64,000 nucleotides of DNA, from NCBI GenBank assembly GCA_000165345.1, contig CM000430.1, positions 512,001 through 576,000 of the forward strand, given 5' to 3'. Made by a program: the position numbers and the translations under genes. The first letter of the stretch is position 1. Each line of letters opens with the position of its first letter. Of this stretch, positions 22,801 to 32,066 are shown piece by piece. The notes beneath the pieces are model-generated. The model made no database searches. It was not told the DNA's origin and was given only the letters and a program-made list of their open reading frames with translations.

Positions 22801-24662
22801 GCAGGAATATCTTCTTCAAAATTACCATAATAAAATTTTAGTGCAATCATTCTTGAATTAGGGATTACTGTTAAATTTGAAGCACAGAATTCTGTAAAAT
22901 TCATTTGATCAATGATTTCTGTCTTCCAGGGAATCACCCTAGGGTTTGAGCAAATCCAACAACCATTTGGTTCCGAGCAATGGCCAAATCTATCTTGCAT
23001 ATATTGAAAATTAAAATTAAAGAAAGGGTCTCCTGCTTTTAGATCTCTGCCAGAGTATTGTACAAAAGGAACGTTAAGCCTTGGAGAAGGAGATGTTAGT
23101 TGTAATCCAGGGGTTGCCCCAAATATGTGAAATGATGGATATGCCCCCAAAAATTCAACATTTGAATTGAAATCAAAAATTGAAGATGAATCTGAAGAAC
23201 TTTGTACGCCGTATTGAAGTATTGACGTAATCATAGTTTGCATATTACTAACACCATATTGAAGAAATTCCAGTGGGGGAGGATAAAATGCAGTCTTATA
23301 TACATCTGAAATGCTTGCAGATTGAGTTGAACAGATTGTATTTGCGAATCCCGAGTTTGTTGAGCTCGGAACAAGTGGGAAGGTTCCATTAAAATAACAA
23401 CCGCCATAGTAGTTACCTGTTTCTATCCATTGCGAATTTGGAGATCCAACAGGAAAACCCTGCTCATACCAATTTGCGCCAAATGGGATCTTATTCCAGT
23501 AAGATTGGACAGCTACAGTATTTCTAAATATTTTTGATGAGTCTTTGTTAAACAAAGATTCAAGATTCCTAGGATAATTTTTGATGGAACCATCTGGTTC
23601 TTCATTGGTTGGATAGTAAAAGTCATAGTTACTTGTGCAAACGATTTCGGAGCCAGGTATTCTAGAAGGAGGCACTATTCTTACAAAGGGGCTCGTAATT
23701 GGGATATTTATATTGCCCCAGGCAACAAATCCAGCATGCTTACCTGGCTCTGTATATGTAGTATACAAAACGCCATTTGAAAACTTATCATTAGGAACTA
23801 ACATGGGGAAAAACCCTCCGAATCCAGCGGGGGGCGTCCAGAAAGATGACAATCCTGAGCTCTGCTTTGAAAATTCATAGCTTAGGGTGATATTTGCAGA
23901 GAATTCAATTACAGGAATGTCGGTTCCATGAGAATTTGTGCCAGGAACAACTTCAGAATAATCTACACTAATTTTAAATGGGAATGATGTTGCCTTAAAT
24001 AAATATGTAGAAATTCCAACTTTATCCATAACGTCTTCTCCAAATATTGTGGGATCAAACTGGTACTTAACATCCCTATCCATTATTTGGGGAATCTTAT
24101 CTGGAAGTTGTTCATTAAATTCTTTAACAATATTCACGAGTTTCGATCCTTCTAACCAAATTGTAATATTGTTTGCTCCATTAAATATTGTATACGTAGT
24201 TTCACTTTCCATCAGAGCTTGTGCAATATCAGTACAAGCCTTGACAACTTTTACTGTATCTACACCTAATTGGAACTTCTGTAAGCTTTTTTGTAATGAA
24301 ACTGAATCACAAATAATATTTTTAATTGGAGTCATGCCACTTTTTGGATAAGACCCAATAAACTGTATTGTTATTGGATGCATAAATTGGCATGGGCTTA
24401 CAAAATTGGTTACTTGACTATCTATAGAAAGAAAGTTACCTACTCCCGGCCCAATGAATAGAGATGCCAAATTAAATCCGATAGGGTAGTAGTAAACTCT
24501 GTCAGGCGGACCGTTCATATCTATGTTTGCATTGGCCATACCAAACATAAATATTTTAAAGCTTACGAATGAAAGCAGAAGTAAAATGAACTGCAAACAC
24601 TTTAGTCGTCTTATCTTCATCTTAAAAAACGAGGGCATCAAAAAGAATCCTATATTGTCCAT
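16824..24662 (-). CDS. Giant secreted hypothetical protein of about 2610 aa. The ORF-track start at 24689 is a GTG. The first ATG is at 24662, and the signal peptide probably begins at the ATG at 24620 (MKIRRLKCLQFILLLLSFVSFKIFMFGMANA).
   Basis: It is an uninterrupted 7.8 kb ORF with a canonical signal peptide ending in ANA. Cys is scattered. I see no TM segment or known domain. Confidence 0.75.
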   Translation of the reverse strand: MDNIGFFLMPSFFKMKIRRLKCLQFILLLLSFVSFKIFMFGMANANIDMNGPPDRVYYYPIGFNLASLFIGPGVGNFLSIDSQVTNFVSPCQFMHPITIQFIGSYPKSGMTPIKNIICDSVSLQKSLQKFQLGVDTVKVVKACTDIAQALMESETTYTIFNGANNITIWLEGSKLVNIVKEFNEQLPDKIPQIMDRDVKYQFDPTIFGEDVMDKVGISTYLFKATSFPFKISVDYSEVVPGTNSHGTDIPVIEFSANITLSYEFSKQSSGLSSFWTPPAGFGGFFPMLVPNDKFSNGVLYTTYTEPGKHAGFVAWGNINIPITSPFVRIVPPSRIPGSEIVCTSNYDFYYPTNEEPDGSIKNYPRNLESLFNKDSSKIFRNTVAVQSYWNKIPFGANWYEQGFPVGSPNSQWIETGNYYGGCYFNGTFPLVPSSTNSGFANTICSTQSASISDVYKTAFYPPPLEFLQYGVSNMQTMITSILQYGVQSSSDSSSIFDFNSNVEFLGAYPSFHIFGATPGLQLTSPSPRLNVPFVQYSGRDLKAGDPFFNFNFQYMQDRFGHCSEPNGCWICSNPRVIPWKTEIIDQMNFTEFCASNLTVIPNSRMIALKFYYGNFEEDIPAQIASGFQSCLKSVPDRWIPVGLNTTEFTFKAGEYHTNTMFIYNTLSNDTCCSPMNTYYYFQHYYTIVTDIYQPIQLTQITPYTDPYAGGILPGIFMSRNFSYQFYMDVYPDNTWTENSQLKLRSWLMCPEIENIDLIVMPESVLLGDVLISGGKVGGSVKIPPFVLSKFYGSPTYCVLRAFIFVNDIVEKNNIELLKAVSLNEYEKLNPRVYRSDEGMHEYAQWIFVNNGFLAKSSNILEPHPGKTSISDALYTPVNVTHHYNFTITPFLFSAIALNKPVFSPDSQIFEMVLSGQHNRFGLRLPPTHSKWYVFTRTADKWDQGCFVECEGDMSRSPYAEWCLPKFVENNPFDYNLCNYTVVTTSPDISESQIEDAIAVVTNPISYLSYVDTMSLVNAIFSLPATFELVWGKYFQLIYETAIDSHNISFNQDYPFAQPTTLAVINRILSKHYYRERLDIKTSLPFNSIQRIYTLVECFLVNGLDNLVLNSTDLIGATNPLPELSPENLKILLSIYQGVASRKSYTHGVQDTYSIITEKTGNIVFSSTFNQVDMNKGVKVGGISFPKIDMKSIKPEDILFHNGVYYRVNKKLYENNLAIEGFNFCAKSFNTITVIRTGGYLSNYLVTKSLENIEEFPLAFTSFVLCTLEYEIWNLENNVELSFFAEYKEELDYSEVKCTAMKQDQSELSDELCTTERVKHFTNQTIEFKCGCSAITYYGLKGKPIPYIPTLSDKDLKPLFSKSRPNILQPYMLISNPKLSTYCNDFLPIIIQLKNIPDFVPDESLSLNFKCIIPNSAYSSLEFCTKFENELQYMDYSFSRLGQNINLTYYVKPNIIQRTVLPTKQSFWRPLNQQDELPQINGVAGVTVLLNVTLELSRLGLGNNLPDLFGYSTFDIITSIETSTKEQASEMGELSTTYIPSKLINFPGALTKSKVPVSSIIEHVIPYSIPYNSLENCPPFLNNYFSSNYLKSIEFEMSEGLGISKDSFFNPELLSSIGSCRISITNEEYIKGGSFDCIKSTSRKNLDINILEQPISMINVTKVSTKNSFASSKDKVIFHNETIQPSINAYFSSIVSKNHPKITIETGTSKTIDQIVSQSGYCDSIKTGCSSCRASRSYQADFQFQDQEIRYYCSATSDENQIEDLTTGLLAACRTDGSYWGQACSFQQSNATLSGNATHTELSLIPQESLTHMVIAVGIKSKIIDAIECKHFYLSMVNKELPLQIIPHKIPSIISKASESLLLAKIKFIGGNEWDNVQGLKFLSFAYFENTGYVQLKTTPSVYNLKDQAIQNDLIAVSIKLNITETDVNPRDGRLSVILLVIKQNSNEIINQNKLNIIVKRSNIHNLASSGDYVSYVWEDLFFEHDFSLIKIKGTTENKGPREIIPINFKISNLAGMSNWKYSILATVSENGLDNEQNNKFKSNALLLSFLTSNIPQYLRLPTNYESWKIHLIIHNQDNELLCGIDCSEFSNDAIDKHLRNMFCVKNSSSKCNYFVFQKSKKILEVGQAFLKEDELKEEYSNLLEYFLNYQKIGTLNDRLMIASILSAKLDFLTIDQIKKFQEKLIEIDPNNKDTTGGNSAMILYIFWRLFEFSYMNFDKTLPDHSFDPERLFRIALKAECGYFEGFKNLIVDILDFLVELRLLNNIEADTNLFGAFSVNQWAMNNDFGSQIEIKGKMTKLSIQSSIFSNLDLHSGAAIGNELVIPTLDLSNEKLENIDISLIKNIYFKLHHENVDYQEFWGRNLFVNCHDPRYGLTIIKPPLYNYLFELANKIQQDKSFNGVFQKVYDVFISKCGYEYRLYGIENKISFIVSPEYTPSVVLGKRLSYQCTYKGKDGSWYQNGCETKFKQGKIVCSCNSIGEYGLITTYQSSLTEVVVKLSHNPGSIQEVNINGIIYKVNNGKFYYNNQVFDIISNEIITIYPDRVTVGKRQFPLKNYSNYDVVTQLTLRQEGVLGTISLRSKEYNVDIEGSSIVHDGFNQGNYSQNSTIIII

Positions 24663-25083
24663 ATTACTGGAATTATTCTCCAAAATCACCAGTATTTTAC
24701 CCCTCTATCAAGAAAGAATACCTTTAATCTCCACCACACATTTTTACACAATTATGCTACTTGACACAATAGCTGATTTTAAATAACTAAGGAAAGTTAT
24801 GGAGCCATATTAATCAATGTAAAATATGTTTGGCTAAAAAAAAATAATATGTTTATTACAATTTGAGGTGCAATATCACAATTACAATAAATTGAAGGTA
24901 AATAAAAGTTAAAATACAATAGTTTTTATAGGAACAGTGTTTCGTTATCATTATTGAAATAAGCAATGGGAATTTTTGTTATTTGTAAAAATTACGCATA
25001 TGTTTATTCTAACCTGATTTCTAAAATTATTAAGTAAAGGTAAACAATTATTTTGTTCTATAAAGAAAAATTTGATTTATGTT

Positions 25084-25092
25084 GCGCCAAAA
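25084..25092. promoter_or_regulatory. GCGCCAAAA E2F-like motif about 45 bp upstream of the ATG at 25132.
   Basis: Read directly from the sequence. Confidence 0.4.
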
Positions 25093-25131
25093 TAATTTTT
25101 TATAAACGGTTGTTTTAAAAATCGATATGAA

Positions 25132-26931
25132 ATGAAACATTTTTTTTCAATTAATAGGATATTTCCAAATATATCTATTGAACTAAAGTTCAGTTTAAAT
25201 CATATCTTTGATTTTATACAAGATAAACATACTCACTACAGAATATTAAATGCTATTTATATTTTAAGTATTGATCTTAAAGATGATAATACATTGGATC
25301 CCGGAGCAGTAATAAACAATTTTATTAAATTGATTGGAAGGTTATTGGAATTGGAAAAATATGAAAATCATGATGAGCTTGATTTAAATATTAGTTTAGT
25401 TGAAATATTTTTAGATACATTCTTTCTTATTAAGTTTCCAAAGAATTGCAACTTAATTGAATTAATTAATTCAAAAATGAACGAACTAAGGGTATATAAT
25501 TTTTGGATTTTAGGACAATTGATTAACGAACTCTATAGAAACTCTAGAGAAAGCAATTATAAATTTCAAGAATCAATTTTAACTGAAAATAGAAATATTG
25601 AGAACAACTCAGATGAAAAGAAAGATATAATTATCGAATGGGATACTTTAAATGCTAAGTTTGAAAGTATTGTTAAAGATTTTGAAGACATTGACCAAAT
25701 ATTCGAATATAAAGATTCTATAAAAATAGGCATTCCTTCATATTTGGATTTTGATTACGACTTAAACAATAGCAAAAGAATAAATTTCTTTTATTTGGAT
25801 GAAGGTGAAGTGGATGTGGTATATAGAATAGCAGCTTTTTCAATTAGCTTAAGAAACCAGATATTGGAAAATTTATTTAAATCATTGAAAAATTTTCAAA
25901 ACAAGTATCAATGTAACTCTTTGTCAATTTTAATATGCAGATTAATTATTTACAGGCATACCGAATTTGAAAATAACATAATTGAAATACTAAACCAATT
26001 GATTGAAAACTCGAGATCTGAAATTCTTGTAGCTTCTTTATTCGAATGTTCTTTATTAATTAAAGACAAAGAGTTATGCGATATTTTTGACTTTTATAGT
26101 GAACTAGAAAATTCCTGTGATTTTTTGGATGTGGTCATAACGATCAACAACCTTATTAGACTTCATATGGAAAGCTATTCATCTTCTTTAAGTAAATTTT
26201 TACCCTGGATAAAAACAAAAAGGAATGATCAGATACTGAAGTTAGATAAAAAACTTATAAATATGAGTTTTTCAGATACATTCGAAATGGTAAATTTTTA
26301 TCTAGACCGCTTCAAAAGCGAATTTAATTTAATTTCAAAAAACCTTGATATTTTGATATCTATTATCAGAGAAAACATTGATGAGTATTGCTACGACTAT
26401 ACTGAGTTAGTTATAAATGAAATAAAAGGTTTAATTTTCTCAACTCCAATTTTTGACAGAAATGACCTTTTGGAAATTCTTTGTAAATTTTTTTCAATGA
26501 ACTCTGACGCGTATTTAGGTTCTACTTCATATACTAATTATGATTTTGCAAGTAAAAAGCCAGTTGAAGAAACTAAATATTGCTCAAATAATGAATCGTC
26601 AGTTGCCTCTGCCTTATATAGTACCAAACTCTCTCGGAACAATTATTCTAAATCATTACTTTGCAATCTTTGGTTCCGTTCAATAAAAATAATACAAGAA
26701 ATTCAAAATTACAATTTTCAGAAGGAATTGTTAATTGTATTAAAGACTATATCAAAAAGACAACAATTTATTTTTTGGTGGTATATTACTTCTAATAATG
26801 CTCACTACAATTTTGAATTTGTTTCCAAATTATTTACGGAAAGAAGAAGAATAGGTACATTACAGTGCTATTTAACCTGCATGGAGATCGAGTTTAAGAG
26901 TGCATTTATTAACAATGCTCTAAAAGCTTGA
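25132..26931 (+). CDS. Hypothetical Leu/Ile-rich helical protein of 599 aa.
   Basis: It is a 1.8 kb ORF with an ATG start. I see no signal peptide or motif. Confidence 0.6.
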   Translation: MKHFFSINRIFPNISIELKFSLNHIFDFIQDKHTHYRILNAIYILSIDLKDDNTLDPGAVINNFIKLIGRLLELEKYENHDELDLNISLVEIFLDTFFLIKFPKNCNLIELINSKMNELRVYNFWILGQLINELYRNSRESNYKFQESILTENRNIENNSDEKKDIIIEWDTLNAKFESIVKDFEDIDQIFEYKDSIKIGIPSYLDFDYDLNNSKRINFFYLDEGEVDVVYRIAAFSISLRNQILENLFKSLKNFQNKYQCNSLSILICRLIIYRHTEFENNIIEILNQLIENSRSEILVASLFECSLLIKDKELCDIFDFYSELENSCDFLDVVITINNLIRLHMESYSSSLSKFLPWIKTKRNDQILKLDKKLINMSFSDTFEMVNFYLDRFKSEFNLISKNLDILISIIRENIDEYCYDYTELVINEIKGLIFSTPIFDRNDLLEILCKFFSMNSDAYLGSTSYTNYDFASKKPVEETKYCSNNESSVASALYSTKLSRNNYSKSLLCNLWFRSIKIIQEIQNYNFQKELLIVLKTISKRQQFIFWWYITSNNAHYNFEFVSKLFTERRRIGTLQCYLTCMEIEFKSAFINNALKA

Positions 26932-27193
26932 TCTAAAGTAGATATGTATAATAAGCCGTTAAACATTGAAATTAAAGTTTGCATATGCTTGCGGAATATA
27001 TATTAATTCTTCGAGTTTATATTTGCATTACAAAAAATTAAGAAAGTTGTTAGCTATTTTCAGTATTCCGGACTTAAATTCTGATTTATTAATAAATAAC
27101 TTCAATTTATTTTGAAATAATAGCGTTTGCTGCATTGCTTGATTATTCATCTTAATCAACATACAGGTTTTCAGCCAGTCTCCCTTTGCATGC

Positions 27194-29164
27194 ATGGCGC
27201 TAAACATATTTTATTATTTTAGTAAAATTATGAATACCCTTTATACATCGAAATTCATATTTTTTGGAGTTTTCACAGTTCTTTGCTCTTGGTTCCCATT
27301 TACATCATTACTTGCTGCTCCTGGAGTTTGTTCTAGCAGCTTTGAAGGGCTGATTAAGCAGACAAATGGGGGCATAAATTTAATATTAGTATGCGCAGTA
27401 ATCTTAATTGGACTTTATTTATTTTTTTCTGGTGTTGGATTGATTAATTTGTCAGGCTGTCTGTTGAGATTAGGAATGCCATCAGACTATCCAAACGCTG
27501 TAATGAGGGCATTTATGTACTCACAGTTCAGGAGCGATTCAAATTATTCAAAGTCTGAAATTAGAGAGGCAAATGTACATCTTACTGTAAATTCAATATA
27601 TAGCAGCAGTAATGCGAATAGGAGTGTTGAATCAAAGCAAAATACTGATGGATATTATAATAATCACATTTTGACGTTAGACGGTGAGTTTAAAAAGAGG
27701 TTAAAGAGAGCAATGCAAACTGCTAAAGCAAGATTAATCTTAGCAATTGTAAGTGTAATGGTAGTGATATGCGTTTCTTATGCTTCATTTGCTGTCTTTG
27801 AAGGGTCTCAAATTTTTTTGGAACCAAATAGCATAATATTGAATCATAATGGAGTTGATTTGTTAGGACCTGAATCAAAATTTGGAAATACATGTTTACT
27901 TTTAATAATTACAGCAATTTCAATAGTCATTCTGAACATGAATAAGTGCGGCTCATTTATTTTGTGTATTGTTTCTTGCATACATTTTTTTGGATTATTA
28001 CTTTTCTTCACTCTTTATTTTATAAACTTTCCTAATGAAGCTGGCCTATCTTTCATTAGTTTTGAAAGCGAAAGCATTCAATTTGATTGGGATGTACATA
28101 TCTGGGGCTTTGTTGGAGGAATTTTGGAGATGGGAGCCTTTGTGATTTCTGCTGTGTCATTTCATATAATCTTGCCTGGGGCATTTAAACTCTTTCCCGA
28201 TTATGAAGTAAAGTCTTCAAGAATTTGGAGAATTACAATATCTTTGATTTTGTTTATTTTTTTCTGCGGGATATCAATAATTTTGGGTACAGTCCCTTCA
28301 TTTCCAATTTTACCTTATGGGCTTGAGCCTAGCAGTGAAGGAATTGGTCTGGCATGGAGGATTTTGGAATCAAAAATTAGTTCAAATAGTTTTTTTTCAA
28401 TAAAATTATTAAAGCGTGTTTTTCTTCTGGGTAACTTTATCACTTGGATTCTTTTCGTCTCAGTTGTTATGAAATGCATAGATAATATCGTTAGAAGTAT
28501 TTCAAACCAAGTTGAATGTAATTTTGAGTCGTTCTCTCCAAACAAAAATTCTTTAAGTAAAAGGTATTTTTTAAGATCTGCAAAACAGCAAATTTATGGG
28601 AATGAAACAAATAATACAGGAGGGACATATGAGTATTTATCAAACGACAAAATTGAAGCAAACAGAGTGTTTTTTTGGACAGTATTCAAAAATTTAAAAG
28701 CGTTAGTAAACAGAAATAGAATTCTAGACTTTGCAAGATATTCTGCGAGCTCTGCTTCAGCAATTGGAATAATCTTTTTTGTTCATCACAAGCTAATTTC
28801 TGAGCCATATCTGATTCCTATTTTTAGATCGTTATCTGCCTCAATATTTTCTATTATTGTCCTGATTTTACCCTGTGCAATATTTTGGTTTGTATTTTAT
28901 TCTGAAATGGTTCCACAATCAAGTTCTAATTATCAGATTTTGAATTTAATATTTCTTGGCAGAGTATCCTCAAGAATTGATAGAAGTTATGAGAAACATA
29001 GAGATAAACTTTCCATATACAATGATAATTGCAATTTCTCATGTAATCCCCTCACTTTCGGGTTTTTTTCAATCACTTTTCCAATTATCTTAGGGTGCAC
29101 AATTTTGGTTTATGAGATTTCGAAGTTTGCTTCGTTATGCCTAGGTTTAAGGTTTAACAGTTAG
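27194..29164 (+). CDS. Hypothetical polytopic membrane protein of 656 aa with at least 10 hydrophobic segments.
   Basis: It has an ATG start and many ~20-residue hydrophobic stretches along its whole length. Confidence 0.6.
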   Translation: MALNIFYYFSKIMNTLYTSKFIFFGVFTVLCSWFPFTSLLAAPGVCSSSFEGLIKQTNGGINLILVCAVILIGLYLFFSGVGLINLSGCLLRLGMPSDYPNAVMRAFMYSQFRSDSNYSKSEIREANVHLTVNSIYSSSNANRSVESKQNTDGYYNNHILTLDGEFKKRLKRAMQTAKARLILAIVSVMVVICVSYASFAVFEGSQIFLEPNSIILNHNGVDLLGPESKFGNTCLLLIITAISIVILNMNKCGSFILCIVSCIHFFGLLLFFTLYFINFPNEAGLSFISFESESIQFDWDVHIWGFVGGILEMGAFVISAVSFHIILPGAFKLFPDYEVKSSRIWRITISLILFIFFCGISIILGTVPSFPILPYGLEPSSEGIGLAWRILESKISSNSFFSIKLLKRVFLLGNFITWILFVSVVMKCIDNIVRSISNQVECNFESFSPNKNSLSKRYFLRSAKQQIYGNETNNTGGTYEYLSNDKIEANRVFFWTVFKNLKALVNRNRILDFARYSASSASAIGIIFFVHHKLISEPYLIPIFRSLSASIFSIIVLILPCAIFWFVFYSEMVPQSSSNYQILNLIFLGRVSSRIDRSYEKHRDKLSIYNDNCNFSCNPLTFGFFSITFPIILGCTILVYEISKFASLCLGLRFNS

Positions 29165-29443
29165 TTTTAGATATTGCAGAGTCAAAATTATGAATTTGAT
29201 CTATTTTTATTTACTACGGATCGTACAACATGTTCTTTAAAAACAAGTATATAGCTAATTCGCTTTTGTAAGAGTGCTATGGGCGTTTGAATAGACGCTA
29301 TTCGTAGATTATTACAATAAGAGGATGATCAGTTTAACAATTTATTAAGGAGCCAATCAATCACAATATTTTGAGGAAGTTTTTGAATAATTATTGCAGC
29401 ATTGCATTGCTCTAAAAATGGAGTACAGCAATAAAGGGGTGTT

Positions 29444-29457
29444 GGGCGCCAAAAAAA
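29444..29457. promoter_or_regulatory. GGGCGCCAAAAAAA E2F-like motif about 110 bp upstream of the ATG at 29558.
   Basis: Read directly from the sequence. Confidence 0.4.
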
Positions 29458-29557
29458 CATGCACCCTTCGAATGTTTTTGCTAATAAAAGAAGAGGCTTT
29501 AGAGAATTAAAGATCATAGCTTCTTAACAGTCAATGCTGAAGTTTTAGTTTGAAAGT

Positions 29558-30115
29558 ATGTATGAATGCACAGACATATGTTCACAGAGGGAAGTAAGAC
29601 TTTCAATCTTCCCAGAAAAATATCCAGAGAAGAGGAAAATTTCTGAGGAAATACAAACTGAAAATATAGAACTTCAAACAGATTGGAGCACGAAATGTTG
29701 TTGTACTTCAAGAGTAAAGTTTTCAGATACGGACATTCAGGAGGATGCCACTATAGAGGGTGAGGGTAACTCAGGGGGACAAATAATCGATGAGATAGCA
29801 AACGTTATTTCAAATTATAGAAGAGATAGTGTCTTGAATACCATCTCAGAATTTGAAAAAAAATTGTTAACAATTGGAATGGCTGAAGAATTAAGCCCAG
29901 AAAACAGTGATACTGAAGGTAGTGAATATGGAGAGTTAAATATAAGAAGGCATTCTGAGCTGGCTTTTAAACCTTTGGTTTTAAGTGCCGTGGAAAATAG
30001 AAGAGCTACAGCTCCTGATAATATGAAAAGAAAAATTATTGATCAACTAAAAATACAAATAAATGAAGATAATACTGAAGAGTTAAGATCTAACCAAATA
30101 CCACCAAATAACTAA
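29558..30115 (+). CDS. Small acidic hypothetical protein of 185 aa.
   Basis: It has an ATG start, is rich in E/D/S, and has no motifs. It could belong to a larger unmodelled gene. Confidence 0.35.
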   Translation: MYECTDICSQREVRLSIFPEKYPEKRKISEEIQTENIELQTDWSTKCCCTSRVKFSDTDIQEDATIEGEGNSGGQIIDEIANVISNYRRDSVLNTISEFEKKLLTIGMAEELSPENSDTEGSEYGELNIRRHSELAFKPLVLSAVENRRATAPDNMKRKIIDQLKIQINEDNTEELRSNQIPPNN

Positions 30116-30688
30116 ATTAAATGTAAATTTTTTAAAATCATTAACTTCGAACAAAAAAAAAATCATCGTGGTATTGATGGAATTTCTTGAAGAATTTTGA
30201 GAACAGTGAGCTCCGGGTATATTTTTTCAGTTGTAATACATCTAAGTGCGTTCAAATAAAAACATAGATTGATTAGGAAACACGAAGAATAGAATATTCC
30301 TTGTTTTTTTTCAAAAATTATTAATTGTGAAATTTGGATTATTTTTGTCTTTGAAAACTCATAAAATATGAACTTAAATAAATAGATTTCTGAGTATTTT
30401 GTCGATTATTTTCGAGATTGGAACTTAGTTTTTAATATTTAAGCGAAATAAATTTTGGCAATAAATAGTATTTAAAGACTATTAAGGTTCAAAGTTTCAT
30501 TTTGGCTATTTACTTTTTATATTTTATGATAGAAAGTAGGTCTAAGGAGTTAATATGGGACATTTTCTTCTTTTTTAATGCAAAGTAAAAATATTCCGTA
30601 TCTGTTTTTTTTATTACATTTTCAAAATATATTTACATATAGGCGCCGGTTAACTGCATTGCATTTAAGGTTTAAACAAAAAAAATTA

Positions 30689-31834
30689 ATGAAAATTAGA
30701 AAGTTATCATTAATACTAACTCTTAGTTTTATGAAGTTTTTTTATGTTTTTTGCTTCGATGAATCTTCAAACTCGATTAAAGAATCATTGCTGAACTGTT
30801 TGCCTCTGAAAAAGGAAAAACTGGGGAAAATAATTAATGGTAAAGAAATATACCCATTAGTCAGCCTAGAAATTAAAACTCAACAGCTTAAACTTGAAGG
30901 TGAAATTATTCCTTCTAAGATAGTTTCACGTCGTATACTTATTGCAAAAGGAGTGGTTCAATCCAGATTATTACCAAATGATGTTTTATATTTCAATACA
31001 AATACGAATAGTAATCAAGCAGTAAAAGCAAAACAATTAGTCGGGGTAGTGACTTATGGCAAAAATAATAGAAAAGAAGAGCTCTATTCTTCTTGCGATG
31101 GAATAATAAAAGAGGTTTTGCCGCAGGGTTTTCATGATTTTGAGGCTACTTTTTTCGTAATTTACTGTGATTTAAAAAATCCAGTGCTAAGTACATATTT
31201 TGGATACTCAATCGTTCCTATTACTGAGAAAAACACAGTTTTTGGAAAATTTGAAAATGCACCAGCTAAAAAAGAGATGAATATAAAAAAAGACAAGTTA
31301 AATGATCGTAATACTCGACTTATATCAAATAAAGAACACAAAAAATTATATTTTGAGCAAAGCACACATCACAAATATAACTCAAGTTTGGAGTATCAAA
31401 ATAGACAATCAACACATTGTGCTGGTAAATTTCAATTAAACTCGATTTGCATGAATGAAGGGGATTCAGCATCATCAGATAATTCGGAGAATCCTAGTAA
31501 CGTGAAAAGAGTTGAATTTCTCTACAAAAAATGTGTACCAAATAAAAGTAAGCCAGCAGATAGTTCATTAACAGTTAAGTTGAAAGCATACAGAAAAAGC
31601 TTAGAAGCTCTAAAACAATCAGTAGCAAACATTACAGACTTTTCTCGCGTAGGAAATATAAAATTGGAGGATGAAAAGCAACTAGACTTTGATAAACAAA
31701 AGAATTTAGCTTCAAAAATGTCTACTTTGTCCATTAAATATAGGATATGGATATCGTTTGCATTCACGATAATAATTCTAACACTTATAGCTTTGCTTAG
31801 AATATCTAGGTATTCTTTCACACATAGTACTTAG
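30689..31834 (+). CDS. Type I membrane protein with a signal peptide and a single C-terminal TM segment, about 381 aa. The ORF track begins at 30578; I think the ATG at 30689 giving MKIRKLSLILTLSFMKFFYVFCF is the more likely start.
   Basis: The internal Met begins a canonical signal peptide. The C-terminus has IWISFAFTIIILTLIALL followed by a short basic tail. Confidence 0.5.
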   Translation: MKIRKLSLILTLSFMKFFYVFCFDESSNSIKESLLNCLPLKKEKLGKIINGKEIYPLVSLEIKTQQLKLEGEIIPSKIVSRRILIAKGVVQSRLLPNDVLYFNTNTNSNQAVKAKQLVGVVTYGKNNRKEELYSSCDGIIKEVLPQGFHDFEATFFVIYCDLKNPVLSTYFGYSIVPITEKNTVFGKFENAPAKKEMNIKKDKLNDRNTRLISNKEHKKLYFEQSTHHKYNSSLEYQNRQSTHCAGKFQLNSICMNEGDSASSDNSENPSNVKRVEFLYKKCVPNKSKPADSSLTVKLKAYRKSLEALKQSVANITDFSRVGNIKLEDEKQLDFDKQKNLASKMSTLSIKYRIWISFAFTIIILTLIALLRISRYSFTHST

Positions 31835-31969
31835 TTTACTATCAAACTTGTCCTTGCGGCTCTGTTATTCTCGAGCGAGTTATGCATATTATTAGAGAAT
31901 AGATGTTAGCTTAGTATTGTTATAGTAATAATTTGACCAATTAGTATTTGTTTATAAAGCAATATTAAT

Positions 31970-32045
31970 GGATAGGCGAGGCGGGAAATACGTCGTCAAC
32001 GCATACTGCTTTTCAGTGGAACTGTCTAGATGGGATTAGTTGTTA
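31970..32045. other. Short GC-rich island (GGCGAGGCGGG...) immediately upstream of the first nucleotide-sugar transporter gene.
   Basis: It is compositionally anomalous against the ~75-80% AT intergenic background. It is not tRNA-like. Confidence 0.3.
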
Positions 32046-32066
32046 AAAAAAAAAGAAAACAAATAA

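Noticed and set aside
29594-29615. A GTAAGA...CCCAG pair that looked like an intron at the 5' end of the 185-aa acidic ORF.
   Set aside because: The spacing is only 22 nt and the ORF is open straight through it. It is too short to be a spliceosomal intron.
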